Notes: generated by a model from the letters alone, not told the origin. Positions 31,479-40,532 are shown, counted from the stretch's first letter. The stretch is DNA of 47,838 bases from an uncultured Ruminococcus sp. (GCA_964399025.1 CAYNPC010000001.1:1-47838); one strand, 5' to 3'. Translations and numbers: made by a program.

Positions 31479-31550
31479 AAAGACCGGAAAGGGTTCCGGT
31501 CTTTGCTGCTGCGTTATTCTTATTATAGCACACTGTTTTTCAAAAATCAA
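31479..31550 (-). promoter_or_regulatory. rimP-nusA-infB operon promoter plus leader hairpin
   Basis: TTGATT-17bp-TATAAT (31550-31522), followed by the hairpin AAAGACCGGA-N6-TCCGGTCTTT (31479-31504). Confidence 0.65.
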
Positions 31551-31574
31551 GGGGAAATTCACTTGTTTTTGCAA

Positions 31575-32912
31575 TTATTTTTCAGTCTGCACAGATTTGA
31601 CAAACATATCATAGATGCAGCGGATTGCCTGCTCGAAATCTTCTTCGGCAACGCCAACGATGATATTCAACTCGCTGGAGCCCTGGTCAATCATCTTGAC
31701 ATTGACTCTTGCGTGAGCAAGTGCTGCGAAAATTCTTGCTGCAACGCCTCTGGTACGATACATACCGTGTCCAACGACTGCAACAAGGGCGATGCCGTCT
31801 TCGATTTCCAGTGTATCCGGATTGACCCGCTTCCGCAGTTCTGTCATAATCTGTTCCCGTTTGCCTTCCAGCTGGGAAGATTCCAGAATGACTGTCATGG
31901 CATCAATACTGGACGGCATGTGTTCCATGGAAATGTTGTGGCTTGCCAGTACATCCAGTACGTCCCGACAGAAGCCGACTTCGCTGTTCATCTTGTCCTT
32001 ATGGAGATTGATGATGCTGAAATTCTTCTTGCCGGCAATGCCCGTAATGGTATACGTGCTGTATTCTTCTGCACTGCTCTCCGGTACAATCATGGTGCCT
32101 GGCGCAGACGGATCATTTGTATTCCGGATGTTAATCGGGATGCCAGCAGACCGGACCGGGAAAATGGCTTCTTCATGCAGAACCGATGCGCCCATATAGG
32201 ACAGCTCCCGCAGTTCTGTATAGGTAATGGTGCGGATGCCGACCGGATCTTCTACGATTCTCGGGTCAGCCACCAAGAAACCGGAAACATCTGTCCAGTT
32301 TTCATACAGATCTGCCCGCATTGCGCCTGCCACGATAGAACCGGTGACATCGCTGCCGCCTCTGGAGAATGTTCTCACATAGCCATCTGCACCGCAGCCA
32401 TAGAAGCCCGGAATGACAGCATATGCAAAACTGGAAAGCCGTTCTCTCATTGCAGCTGTGGTCTTTTCCCGATTCAGTGTACCATCTGCCTGAAAGAAAA
32501 TGACTTCTGCGGCATCTACAAATGCGTAACCCAGATAGGAAGCGATCAGCTTTCCGTTCAGATATTCCCCACGGCTTGCTGCGTAATCGCTGCCATACCG
32601 CTTGCGGAAATTCTCACCGATTGTTGCAAACTCTTCATCCAGCAAATCCAACGGCATAGAAAGTCCTTCCAGAATGCTGACATAGCGTGCACGAATGGCA
32701 GCCAGCTGTTCGGTGAAGTCTTCGCCTCTCTCTGCCATGCCATAGCACTGATAGAGCATATCCGTTACCTTGATATCCTCTTTGAATCGCTTTCCCGGTG
32801 CAGACGGTACAACATACCGTCTGGAAGCCTCTGCCTTTATAATAGAAGCAGCCTTCTGAATCTGTCCGGCATCTGCCAGACTGCTGCCACCAAACTTTAC
32901 AACCTTCATCAT
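31575..32912 (-). CDS. lysC: Aspartate kinase
   Basis: KVVKFGGSS, SAPGKR, TFSRGGSD, WTDVSG, GASVLH, C-terminal ACT domains. Confidence 0.92.
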   Translation of the reverse strand: MMKVVKFGGSSLADAGQIQKAASIIKAEASRRYVVPSAPGKRFKEDIKVTDMLYQCYGMAERGEDFTEQLAAIRARYVSILEGLSMPLDLLDEEFATIGENFRKRYGSDYAASRGEYLNGKLIASYLGYAFVDAAEVIFFQADGTLNREKTTAAMRERLSSFAYAVIPGFYGCGADGYVRTFSRGGSDVTGSIVAGAMRADLYENWTDVSGFLVADPRIVEDPVGIRTITYTELRELSYMGASVLHEEAIFPVRSAGIPINIRNTNDPSAPGTMIVPESSAEEYSTYTITGIAGKKNFSIINLHKDKMNSEVGFCRDVLDVLASHNISMEHMPSSIDAMTVILESSQLEGKREQIMTELRKRVNPDTLEIEDGIALVAVVGHGMYRTRGVAARIFAALAHARVNVKMIDQGSSELNIIVGVAEEDFEQAIRCIYDMFVKSVQTEK

Positions 32913-32944
32913 CTTACTCTGATTTCATGGCGAAACCTCGCCAT
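32909..32944 (-). CDS. Candidate leader peptide/uORF MARFRHEIRVR
   Basis: GAGGAGG SD 9 nt upstream of the ATG. The stop overlaps the aspartokinase start (ATGATG). Confidence 0.4.
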   Translation of the reverse strand: MARFRHEIRVR

Positions 32945-33143
32945 AAAATCCACCCTCCTCATCTTGTGATTTCCGAAAAATCAGATACAATAAACAATAT
33001 ATTTCAGTATATTCCTTTTTCCCCAAAAAATCAACTGTGAAATCATATGAATTTTCGGAGAAAAACACTGTTTATTTGTAGAATACGACTGTATTTCCAA
33101 GACGGACGATGGAAAATCCATACAAATTACAAGAAACAGGAAA

Positions 33144-34034
33144 TTATGAGCGGGTCGGCGGATGATTTTTGGTTCCTTGCAGGTACTGACAAAGGAAATT
33201 GAAAAAGTCAATGGCTTCCTCATGTTCTGCTGCGTGGCGGTGCAATTGAATAATCAAATCTCGCTGACAGATTGGCTCTGCGATGGGCAACAGCGCAATC
33301 AGTTCCATGTCCTCCTGTCCCCAAGTGTAATGCGGCCAGAAGCCAACGCCCAGCCCACCGGCAATCAGGTTTTTGACGGTATCCGGACTGTCGCTCTCAA
33401 AAATGATATTCGGCGAAAAGCCAGCGTGTAGGCAGTAGCGGTCACAAATAGAACGAATGCTACGAGAACCGGACAAGCTGATAAAATCCTGATTGGCAAA
33501 ATCCTTCAGCATCACGCTGCTGCAATTGGCGTAGGGCGAAGAGCACGGCACCGCCATAAAAATCCGCTCTGTAAAAATCTGATAGCGTTCTTTTGCCTCT
33601 GTCGGCTGCTGGAAAAAAGACCGTGTGAAAATCGTGATGTCTGCATCCTCACACTGCGAATTTTGCACCAGCCGGAAATTCATGCCGTCATGTTCTTTCT
33701 TATAGGAAATCAAAGCCCGTGTGACCAGCGTAGAGGCTGCCAATACATTCAGCCGGATGGTGCGTTTGCGCACGCTTGCCATTTCCTGCAACGTCTCCGG
33801 CAACTGGTGCAGACTGTCCAGAATCGGGCTGAGGGCATCCCGCAGATAAACGCCATATTCCGTCAGCACAATATTTCTGCCACTTGGTCGGAACAGCGGC
33901 ACGCCAAGTTCCTTCTCCAGTCGGTGGATGTTCTGGGTCAACGCCGGTTGCGCAATGTGCAGCTGCTCTGCGGTACGAGTGACATGCTGATTTTTTGCGA
34001 CCGCATAAAAATACTCCAATTGTAATAATTCCAC
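33144..34034 (-). CDS. LysR family transcriptional regulator
   Basis: LQLEYF..VA....VTRTAE.LHIAQPALTQ.I.RLEKELGVPLF HTH, plus substrate-binding domain. Confidence 0.95.
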   Translation of the reverse strand: MELLQLEYFYAVAKNQHVTRTAEQLHIAQPALTQNIHRLEKELGVPLFRPSGRNIVLTEYGVYLRDALSPILDSLHQLPETLQEMASVRKRTIRLNVLAASTLVTRALISYKKEHDGMNFRLVQNSQCEDADITIFTRSFFQQPTEAKERYQIFTERIFMAVPCSSPYANCSSVMLKDFANQDFISLSGSRSIRSICDRYCLHAGFSPNIIFESDSPDTVKNLIAGGLGVGFWPHYTWGQEDMELIALLPIAEPICQRDLIIQLHRHAAEHEEAIDFFNFLCQYLQGTKNHPPTRS

Positions 34035-34140
34035 GGTTTCTCCCTGCTTTCTTAGAAAAATCTATGTATTTTGTTGGGAATCATATCTATTTGCTTATCA
34101 ATCCCAGCGGAAGCTGTTATAAATCGCCGGTTTTTTCGCC

Positions 34141-34213
34141 GAAACGATATGATTTACCTTATCATTTCCTCGTTTATTATATATTGGACAAATGGATTTG
34201 TCAATGCTATAAT
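34141..34213 (+). promoter_or_regulatory. Promoter with putative LysR site (copy A)
   Basis: GATA-N10-TATC dyad, TATTGGACAA, extended -10 TGCTATAAT. Confidence 0.55.
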
Positions 34214-34291
34214 GGAAACTGTTAAAAATTTAACTTACCAGACAAATCGGTGGATGCTTGGGACACATCCACCAAAAAGGAGGAGCTTACA

Positions 34292-34855
34292 ATGAAATCA
34301 AGATTTGATATGATTTCCGCTTACAAGACTTTGAATCGGGTTGCAGAATCCGCCGGTATCGTACTCTTCGGGTCGACTTCCGCTGCACGGCTGCCACTCA
34401 ACGAACTGATGCAGGATTACAACGTAGAAGTGACGGTGTACAACCGGAGTGTAGAAAACCTGACCATCGAGCAGGCGGAATCTTACATTCCAACTTGCAT
34501 TGCACCGTTGATGCCGAAGACCATTCTGCTGCATTTCGGAGAGACCGAACTGCTGGAAAACAAGCAGACCGTTTCAGAAATTCTGGAAGCGTATCGTTGG
34601 CTGCTCTATCAGCTGCACACGGCTTTGCCGGACAGCCGTCTGGTTCTGATTTCTGCCAACAATCAGTTGCCGCACGCAGAAGCTTACAACGAAGCCCTGC
34701 ACGCACTGGCAAAGGAATATGGCTGCCAGTATACGGAAAGTCCGAACGGCAGTCTGGATGCTGAGTATGAATTGCGTTTTTTTCATACCTTGCGTTCTTT
34801 CTTCTATGATTGCAGAATGAATCTGGCAGATGCGCTGCGTTATTGTGCAGTCTGA
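34292..34855 (+). CDS. SGNH/GDSL-fold-like protein, apparently with degenerate catalytic motifs
   Basis: AGGAGGAG RBS. IVLFGST, VYNRS and PKTILLHFGETE resemble SGNH blocks I-III. No block V DxxH. Confidence 0.65.
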   Translation: MKSRFDMISAYKTLNRVAESAGIVLFGSTSAARLPLNELMQDYNVEVTVYNRSVENLTIEQAESYIPTCIAPLMPKTILLHFGETELLENKQTVSEILEAYRWLLYQLHTALPDSRLVLISANNQLPHAEAYNEALHALAKEYGCQYTESPNGSLDAEYELRFFHTLRSFFYDCRMNLADALRYCAV

Positions 34856-34910
34856 CTGTTTTTCTCGTAAAAGTCATAGCGTTCATGTCATTTGTACCTA
34901 TGAATCAAGA

Positions 34911-34983
34911 AAAACGATAACATTCACATTATGAATCTGTTCTCAATTTGGTATTGGACAACAGAAATACAGCGTGCTATACT
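34911..34983 (+). promoter_or_regulatory. Promoter with putative LysR site (copy B)
   Basis: ATA-N10-TAT dyad, TATTGGACAA and TGCTATACT at the same spacing as copy A. Confidence 0.55.
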
Positions 34984-35036
34984 AAAATAGCAGAAACGAA
35001 ACAAACAGAAACCAAACAACGGAGGAGAAAAAAAAC

Positions 35037-35369
35037 ATGAGTGAAATTCTGGAAACGATTATGCTGATTTGCTTTGGATGCAGCTGGCCGATTAATCTGA
35101 TCAAAAACTTCAAGTGCAGAAGTGCGAAGGGGATGAGTTTGCCATTCATCATTCTGTTGATGGTGGGTTACATTGCCGGCATTATTGCAAAAATTCTGGT
35201 CGTTGGACACATCAATTTCGTATTGGTTGTATACTTTATCAACCTCGCCATGATCACAGCAAATCTGCTCGTTTACTTCCGGAACACCATGCTGGATAAA
35301 CAGGCAGAAGGCGGACAGATCCGCTTTCAGAAAAAGGGTCACGTTGCAAATTCCGTCAACCACGCTTAA
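35037..35369 (+). CDS. PQ-loop/SemiSWEET-like small membrane protein
   Basis: GGAGG RBS, three TM helices, FG.SWP.N..K....RSAKGMS motif. Confidence 0.75.
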   Translation: MSEILETIMLICFGCSWPINLIKNFKCRSAKGMSLPFIILLMVGYIAGIIAKILVVGHINFVLVVYFINLAMITANLLVYFRNTMLDKQAEGGQIRFQKKGHVANSVNHA

Positions 35370-35402
35370 TTTTCTCATGACCAGAACGGACTGAATACAA
35401 AG

Positions 35403-35434
35403 AAAATCGCCTCTCTTCACAGGGAGGCGATTTT
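35403..35434. terminator. Bidirectional intrinsic terminator
   Basis: AAAATCGCCT...AGGCGATTTT between convergent genes. Confidence 0.8.
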
Positions 35435-35435
35435 G

Positions 35436-35741
35436 TTATCTGGTTGTGGTATCGGTCGTGACATCGTCTGTAATATCCTTCGTGGTATCCTTTTTGGTAT
35501 CGTCTGTCGTATCGGTTGTAGTGTCGTCTGTGGTATGCGTTGACGTTTTTGTTGTCGTATCCGCATCCTCTTCCATATCCGTCAGGATATCCTCTCCGGC
35601 ATCCCCGATATCATCGACCGCTTCGCTCAGGTCTGTCACCACATCTTCTCCAGCCGATTCCATGCGATCCAATGTCTCCCCACAGCCGGTCAGACAAACC
35701 ATTCCCAGCAAGATTGGCAGCCATCTGCTCTGCTTTTTCAT
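35436..35741 (-). CDS. Small lipoprotein with D/T-rich low-complexity tail
   Basis: GGGAGG RBS, lipobox LTGC. Confidence 0.75.
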   Translation of the reverse strand: MKKQSRWLPILLGMVCLTGCGETLDRMESAGEDVVTDLSEAVDDIGDAGEDILTDMEEDADTTTKTSTHTTDDTTTDTTDDTKKDTTKDITDDVTTDTTTR

Positions 35742-35768
35742 GTGCGTTTCCTCCCATTCCTCGAAAAG

Positions 35769-36036
35769 TTTTCAACAAAGTTTTCCACAAGACGTTGAAA
35801 ACCAGCCGATTTTTGTTAAATTATTCCAATTCTGACTGATTTTTTTCTGCCGTTGTGGAAAGATGAAAAAACAAGCGCATTATGGGCACTTTTTTCTCCA
35901 CAAATTGTTGAAAACACGGTTGAATGTTGAAAATCCCACTTTTTCATGCGAAAAAAGCGGGATTTTTCCCTGTATTTCCGGACCATTTCCGTGCTTTTTT
36001 CAAAAAATTGTGGAAAACATCGATGAGTTTTCCACA
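35769..36036. promoter_or_regulatory. DnaA-box cluster (candidate oriC or DnaA-titration locus)
   Basis: About 9 TT(T)TC(C/A)ACA-like 9-mers in both orientations at 35769, 35781, 35793, 35854, 35894, 35906, 35925, 36009 and 36028. Confidence 0.75.
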
Positions 36037-36040
36037 ATGC

Positions 36041-36580
36041 TCAGGACTCCAGCTGTTTTCCCAGAAACTGCGAAGCCGCTTGAATCAATGTCTTCTGGCA
36101 CGTGTTGACAGCAGCCCCGCTGCCGTCCTCCAGAAAGGCAACAGCACCTGTAACATCGCCTGCGGAAATGATGGGCAGACAAGCAACCGCTCGCTTTTCG
36201 ACCCCTTCCGCTGGTAACATCCCACTCGTGCCAGATTCTGCATAATACATCTTCCGATGTTCCATCAGCTCTTCCAGTTCCGGAGAAACCCGTCTGGCGT
36301 TCCATTCTTTTTTTCCGGTACCGGAAACAGATACCACATGATCCCGATCAAAAATAGCGACCGGACAACCTGCCAGCCGGTGCATAATCTCTGCAACTTG
36401 CGCAGCGTGTTCGCTCATCTCCCCGATGGGAGAATATTTTTTAAAGATGACTTCCCCATCATTGCTCGTATAAATTTCAAGCGGATCGCCCTCCCGAATG
36501 CGCATCGTCCGACGAATTTCCTTTGGAATGACGACACGCCCCAGATCGTCGATCCGGCGCACAATGCCTGTTGCTTTCAT
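36041..36580 (-). CDS. spoVT: Stage V sporulation protein T (AbrB-type regulator with GAF-like C-domain)
   Basis: MKATGIVRRIDDLGRVVIPKEIRRTMRIREGDPLEI...FLGKQLE, GGAGG RBS. Confidence 0.93.
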   Translation of the reverse strand: MKATGIVRRIDDLGRVVIPKEIRRTMRIREGDPLEIYTSNDGEVIFKKYSPIGEMSEHAAQVAEIMHRLAGCPVAIFDRDHVVSVSGTGKKEWNARRVSPELEELMEHRKMYYAESGTSGMLPAEGVEKRAVACLPIISAGDVTGAVAFLEDGSGAAVNTCQKTLIQAASQFLGKQLES

Positions 36581-36763
36581 GAATTTGATTCCTCCATTTT
36601 TCAAATTGTACCCGAAGATACAAGCTGGTACGGCTATTATCTGCCAGAAATAAAAAAATATGCAGAAAAATTGCATCACACAACACTTTTTCATTTTCTG
36701 TTGTGTAACGCAACACTTTCCCAGAATCTGTTGTTTATTCGTCATTTTCGAAGAAATCGACGA

Positions 36764-36838
36764 TTGACTTTTAGTAGACAACTGTCTATAATATTAACAT
36801 GACAGGCGACAAACGTTGATTCATCGACAACTGTCTAT
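36764..36838 (+). promoter_or_regulatory. sigma-A promoter with two operator copies upstream of yhgE/pip
   Basis: TTGACT-17bp-TATAAT (36764-36792). GACAACTGTCTAT at 36777-36789 and 36826-36838 (near-palindrome TAGACA-AC-TGTCTA). Confidence 0.75.
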
Positions 36839-36858
36839 GATACGAAAGGGGAAACAGT

Positions 36859-39513
36859 ATGCAACAAGCAGAAAAAGAAAAAAAGCCGTCCTTTCTGAAA
36901 CGGCACTTCAACGCAATTGCAACGGTGTGCATTGTGTTGATTCCAACGATTTACACCACATTCTTTCTGGGTTCCATGTGGGATCCTTACGGCAATGTCA
37001 GCAAGCTACCCGTTGCCGTTGTCAATCAGGATGTTTCCGTTACATTTCAGGATCAGACACTTTCCGTCGGGGCGGAACTGGTCGACACGCTGAAAGACAA
37101 TGACAGTCTGGACTTCAACTTTGTGGATGCACAGACGGCACAGGATGGCATTGCAGACGGCACGTATTACATGGCGATTACCATTCCAGAAGACACCTCC
37201 GCCAATGCAGCGACGGTGTTGGATGAAAATCCGAAGAATGTAGAACTTTACTATGAAACAAATCCGGGTACAAACTACATCGCCTCCAAGATGAGTGAAT
37301 CTGCGATGGAAAAACTGAAAAATTCCGTTTCCGATTCTCTGACCAAGGCGTACACCGAAGTGCTGTTCGATGCCATCGACACCGTAGGAGACGGGATGCA
37401 GGATGCCGCTGACGGTGCAAAAGAAGTCAAAGACGGGGCAGAAGAACTGAAAGATGGCAGCATCACCTTGAGTGACAATCTGCAATTGCTGGCAGAGAGC
37501 ACGCTGACATTAGAAGAGGGCTGTGGTTCTCTCACAGAAGGGCTGGAAACGTATACTGCCGGTGTTTCTTCTGTTGATGACGGCGCACAGCAACTTGCTG
37601 ACGGGGTCAACGAATTGCAGGAAGGTGTTTCGCCACTGCAAGACGGTGCAGACCAATTGCAGGACGGTGCAGACCAGCTGCAAAGCGGCGTAGCGGCGTA
37701 TACAGCAGGTGTAGACAGTGCTTATGATGGTTCTGTCAGTCTTTCCGCTGGCAGCCAGCAATTATCCGCCGGTTCGCAGGATCTGCAAGCAGGTGCATTG
37801 CAGTTATATGATGGCAGTGTGCAGCTGGAAAATGGACTGGCACAGCTTTCCGCTGCGCTTTCCCAGAGCTGCAACGAAGAAACTGCAGCTCAGCTGGAAC
37901 AGGTCAGCGCAGGTCTGACGCAGTTGCAGACGGGCATTGATACGCTGCAAGCTGCCGTTTCCGGCAGCAACACCGCAACCACAGAAGCCATGCAGGCAGT
38001 GGCAGGTGATTTGCAGACATTGGGCAGTGGACTGACTGCCATGCAGACGGCACAGCAGAATGTAATGGGCACAGAAGCCTTTCAGAATCTGGATGCCGAA
38101 AGTCAGCAGGAACTGATGGGCTGCTTTGTCGAACCAATGACGACACTGGCAACCGCTGCAACACAGTTACAGACCGATGTCACCACATTGGCTTCCTCTC
38201 TGGAGGCTTCCGCACAATTGCCGGATGCAGTCAACCAACTGGCAGACGGTGCAGACCAAGCGTTACCGGCTGCCAATCAGGCAATCGCTTCTCTCTCTGG
38301 CGGCTTACAGACCGTACAGAGTGCGGTAGATAATCAATTGATTCCGGGCGCAGCTGCCCTGACAGATGGCACTGTTGCCCTTGCAGACGGTTCTTCCGAT
38401 TTGTCAACCGGAATGCAGAGTGCTGCGGCTGGTGCAGATGCGTTGTCCAGTGGACTGGAAACGCTGCACAACAACAGTGATGCGCTGTCAAGCGGTGCGA
38501 CAGAATTGCAGGATGGCATTGCAACCGTTGCAGAAAAAATGCCAACGCTGATGGTTGCCATCAACCAGCTGCAAAGCGGCACGCAGACACTGGCAGACGG
38601 AACCAGTGAATTGACGGCAAACAATGACACATTGCTCTCCGGTGCACAGCAGTTGCAGGATGGCAGTGCACAATTACAAGATGGTGCCACCCAGCTGGCA
38701 GATGGTTCTGTCACATTGAAAGACGGTCTCGTGACCCTCTCCGATGGTTCGGGCACGCTCTGGTCTTCCATTCAGGATGGTGCAGATGAGGTCAACGACA
38801 TTGACAGCACCGATGCCACTTATGAAATGGTTTCCAGCCCGATTACCGCAACAGAAACCTATGCCTCTACAGTAGAAAACAACGGGCACGCAATGGCAGC
38901 TTATATGATGGCAGTGGGTCTTTGGGTTGCTTGCCTTGCTTACTGCATTATGTTCAGCCCATATGAAACGCCGCTCAAGGGAAAAAGTCCGCTGGCAGCA
39001 TGGGGCAGAAAACTGCCGGTGCTCTGCTTGGTTGCATGGGTACAGGCAATTGCGATGATTGCATTGCTGCATTTCTTTAACGGCTTTACCCCACAGGATG
39101 TCTCAAAGACGATACTCATTGCCGGATTGTCCTCCATGGCATATATGGCAATTGTATACTGCCTGAATCTGTATTGCGGAAAGATCGGCAGCTTCATTCT
39201 CTTAGTGTTTATGGTATTGCAGCTGAGTGGCTGCGCTGGCACATATCCATCTGAATTGTCCGCAAAATTCTTCCAGGTGATCAAACCGTTCATGCCGTTC
39301 ACCTATACGGTAGAGGGCTTCCGGAGCACCATCGCTTCCGGAAAGGACATCACCAGCTCTTATGTGGTGCTGGTTGCACTGACGGTTGTCTTTACCCTGT
39401 TGATGATTCCAGCTGTCTATCTCAAATGGAGACGGGAACAGAAAACCATCCTGCCAAGTGAAACACCGAAATCGAAACCGATTTCCACACGGCAGCAGGT
39501 AGAATCTGTGTAA
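36859..39513 (+). CDS. YhgE/Pip family membrane protein
   Basis: N-terminal TM plus WDPYG..LPVAVVNQD, long xxLxxG heptad repeats, C-terminal multi-TM domain with PFTY.VEGFR. Confidence 0.93.
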   Translation: MQQAEKEKKPSFLKRHFNAIATVCIVLIPTIYTTFFLGSMWDPYGNVSKLPVAVVNQDVSVTFQDQTLSVGAELVDTLKDNDSLDFNFVDAQTAQDGIADGTYYMAITIPEDTSANAATVLDENPKNVELYYETNPGTNYIASKMSESAMEKLKNSVSDSLTKAYTEVLFDAIDTVGDGMQDAADGAKEVKDGAEELKDGSITLSDNLQLLAESTLTLEEGCGSLTEGLETYTAGVSSVDDGAQQLADGVNELQEGVSPLQDGADQLQDGADQLQSGVAAYTAGVDSAYDGSVSLSAGSQQLSAGSQDLQAGALQLYDGSVQLENGLAQLSAALSQSCNEETAAQLEQVSAGLTQLQTGIDTLQAAVSGSNTATTEAMQAVAGDLQTLGSGLTAMQTAQQNVMGTEAFQNLDAESQQELMGCFVEPMTTLATAATQLQTDVTTLASSLEASAQLPDAVNQLADGADQALPAANQAIASLSGGLQTVQSAVDNQLIPGAAALTDGTVALADGSSDLSTGMQSAAAGADALSSGLETLHNNSDALSSGATELQDGIATVAEKMPTLMVAINQLQSGTQTLADGTSELTANNDTLLSGAQQLQDGSAQLQDGATQLADGSVTLKDGLVTLSDGSGTLWSSIQDGADEVNDIDSTDATYEMVSSPITATETYASTVENNGHAMAAYMMAVGLWVACLAYCIMFSPYETPLKGKSPLAAWGRKLPVLCLVAWVQAIAMIALLHFFNGFTPQDVSKTILIAGLSSMAYMAIVYCLNLYCGKIGSFILLVFMVLQLSGCAGTYPSELSAKFFQVIKPFMPFTYTVEGFRSTIASGKDITSSYVVLVALTVVFTLLMIPAVYLKWRREQKTILPSETPKSKPISTRQQVESV

Positions 39514-39538
39514 TCCCGATTTTCTCCCCCCACCCTAC

Positions 39539-39585
39539 GAAATGGCGTCGGCGTGTTTTCCAACCATTCACGCCGACGCCATTTC
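39539..39585 (+). terminator. Long inverted repeat after pip (probable terminator)
   Basis: GAAATGGCGTCGGCGTG / CACGCCGACGCCATTTC, a 17-bp perfect stem. Confidence 0.65.
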
Positions 39586-39597
39586 TATGATTTCCGA

Positions 39598-39627
39598 TTG
39601 ACAGCGCATTCTTTTTTTTGGTATAAT
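39598..39627 (+). promoter_or_regulatory. sigma-A promoter of tetR
   Basis: TTGACA-18bp-TATAAT. Confidence 0.7.
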
Positions 39628-39686
39628 AGATTTGATCCGAAACGTGAAAATAGGCTGGCGTTTCCAGCAGAAAGAAGGCTTCCCCT

Positions 39687-40286
39687 ATGCAACAAACCAC
39701 ACCTCCCACCCGGCAGGAACGTCGGGTGCGCCGTACCCGTGCGCTGATTCTGAACGGTCTGATCGAGCTGATGCAGAAAAAGCCCGTCAAAGATATTTCC
39801 GTGCGGGAGCTTGCCGACTTAGTCGACATCAATCGTTCCACATTCTATCTCCACTACACCGATGTCTATGACCTGCTGGAACAGACAGAAAACGATCTGA
39901 TGGATCAGTTTCTCTCCATTCTGGATCCAGAAAAAAAGAATATCACATGGGATGAATTTGCAAACAGACTGAAGCGATTCTTCACCGTGTTATCTGCCAA
40001 TCAACCGCTCTGCCGTGCGCTGATGAGTCCGAATGGGGACATTGCCTTCGTCCGGAAACTGGAATCTCTGATTGCAGAAAACGGCTTGCGGACACTCCGC
40101 ACCATTTCCGATGAAAAGAATTTCGATGCCGACGACCTGCAATATGTCATTGGCTTTTTCCTCTCCGGTTGCATCGGCATGGTCGATATGTGGTTGCAGA
40201 ACGACTGCAAACAACCGGTCGATCATATGTCCGCACTCGCCATGCAGCTGCTACAAACCGGGATTCGAGGCATCGCCAAGCGATAA
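39687..40286 (+). CDS. TetR/AcrR family regulator
   Basis: RRVRRTR..I...L.ELM..K....ISVREL..LVDINRSTFYLHY. Confidence 0.93.
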   Translation: MQQTTPPTRQERRVRRTRALILNGLIELMQKKPVKDISVRELADLVDINRSTFYLHYTDVYDLLEQTENDLMDQFLSILDPEKKNITWDEFANRLKRFFTVLSANQPLCRALMSPNGDIAFVRKLESLIAENGLRTLRTISDEKNFDADDLQYVIGFFLSGCIGMVDMWLQNDCKQPVDHMSALAMQLLQTGIRGIAKR

Positions 40287-40532
40287 TTCCCGAAATTTGT
40301 GCAAGTTGCTTACTTTCCACACTCGATTTTAGTCAATTTTTTTCGCAATCTGGAATTGCAATTTCTGACAAGCTGTGTTATAATAAAGATTAGTCATGAT
40401 GTCATGGGTTCCATGATGTCCGCATATGGTCGTTCCATTTGCAAAAAGCGGTACCGTGTCACTTCCGCTTTTCCCTGACAAACAAAATCGCATATGCAGA
40501 AAATTTTGATGTTACAGCAGGAGGTAACAATT

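Noticed and set aside
29711-32969. Plus-strand ORFs 29711-30931 and 31503-32969
   Set aside because: Antisense to nusA and aspartokinase.
32960-33143. Lysine riboswitch or CodY boxes upstream of aspartokinase
   Set aside because: No L-box core recognisable, and the CodY-like matches have several mismatches in AT-rich DNA.
35769-36036. CRISPR array or coding ORFs in the repeat-rich intergenic region
   Set aside because: Repeats are 9-mers in mixed orientation with irregular spacing, and no cas genes are present.
37400-38760. DNA tandem repeat or type VII secretion locus at pip
   Set aside because: The repeats are the normal heptad coiled coil of YhgE/Pip, and no EssC or WXG100 genes are in the window.
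40394-40532. Structured rpsT leader RNA
   Set aside because: A long 5' UTR with a weak hairpin is present, but I cannot support a specific motif.
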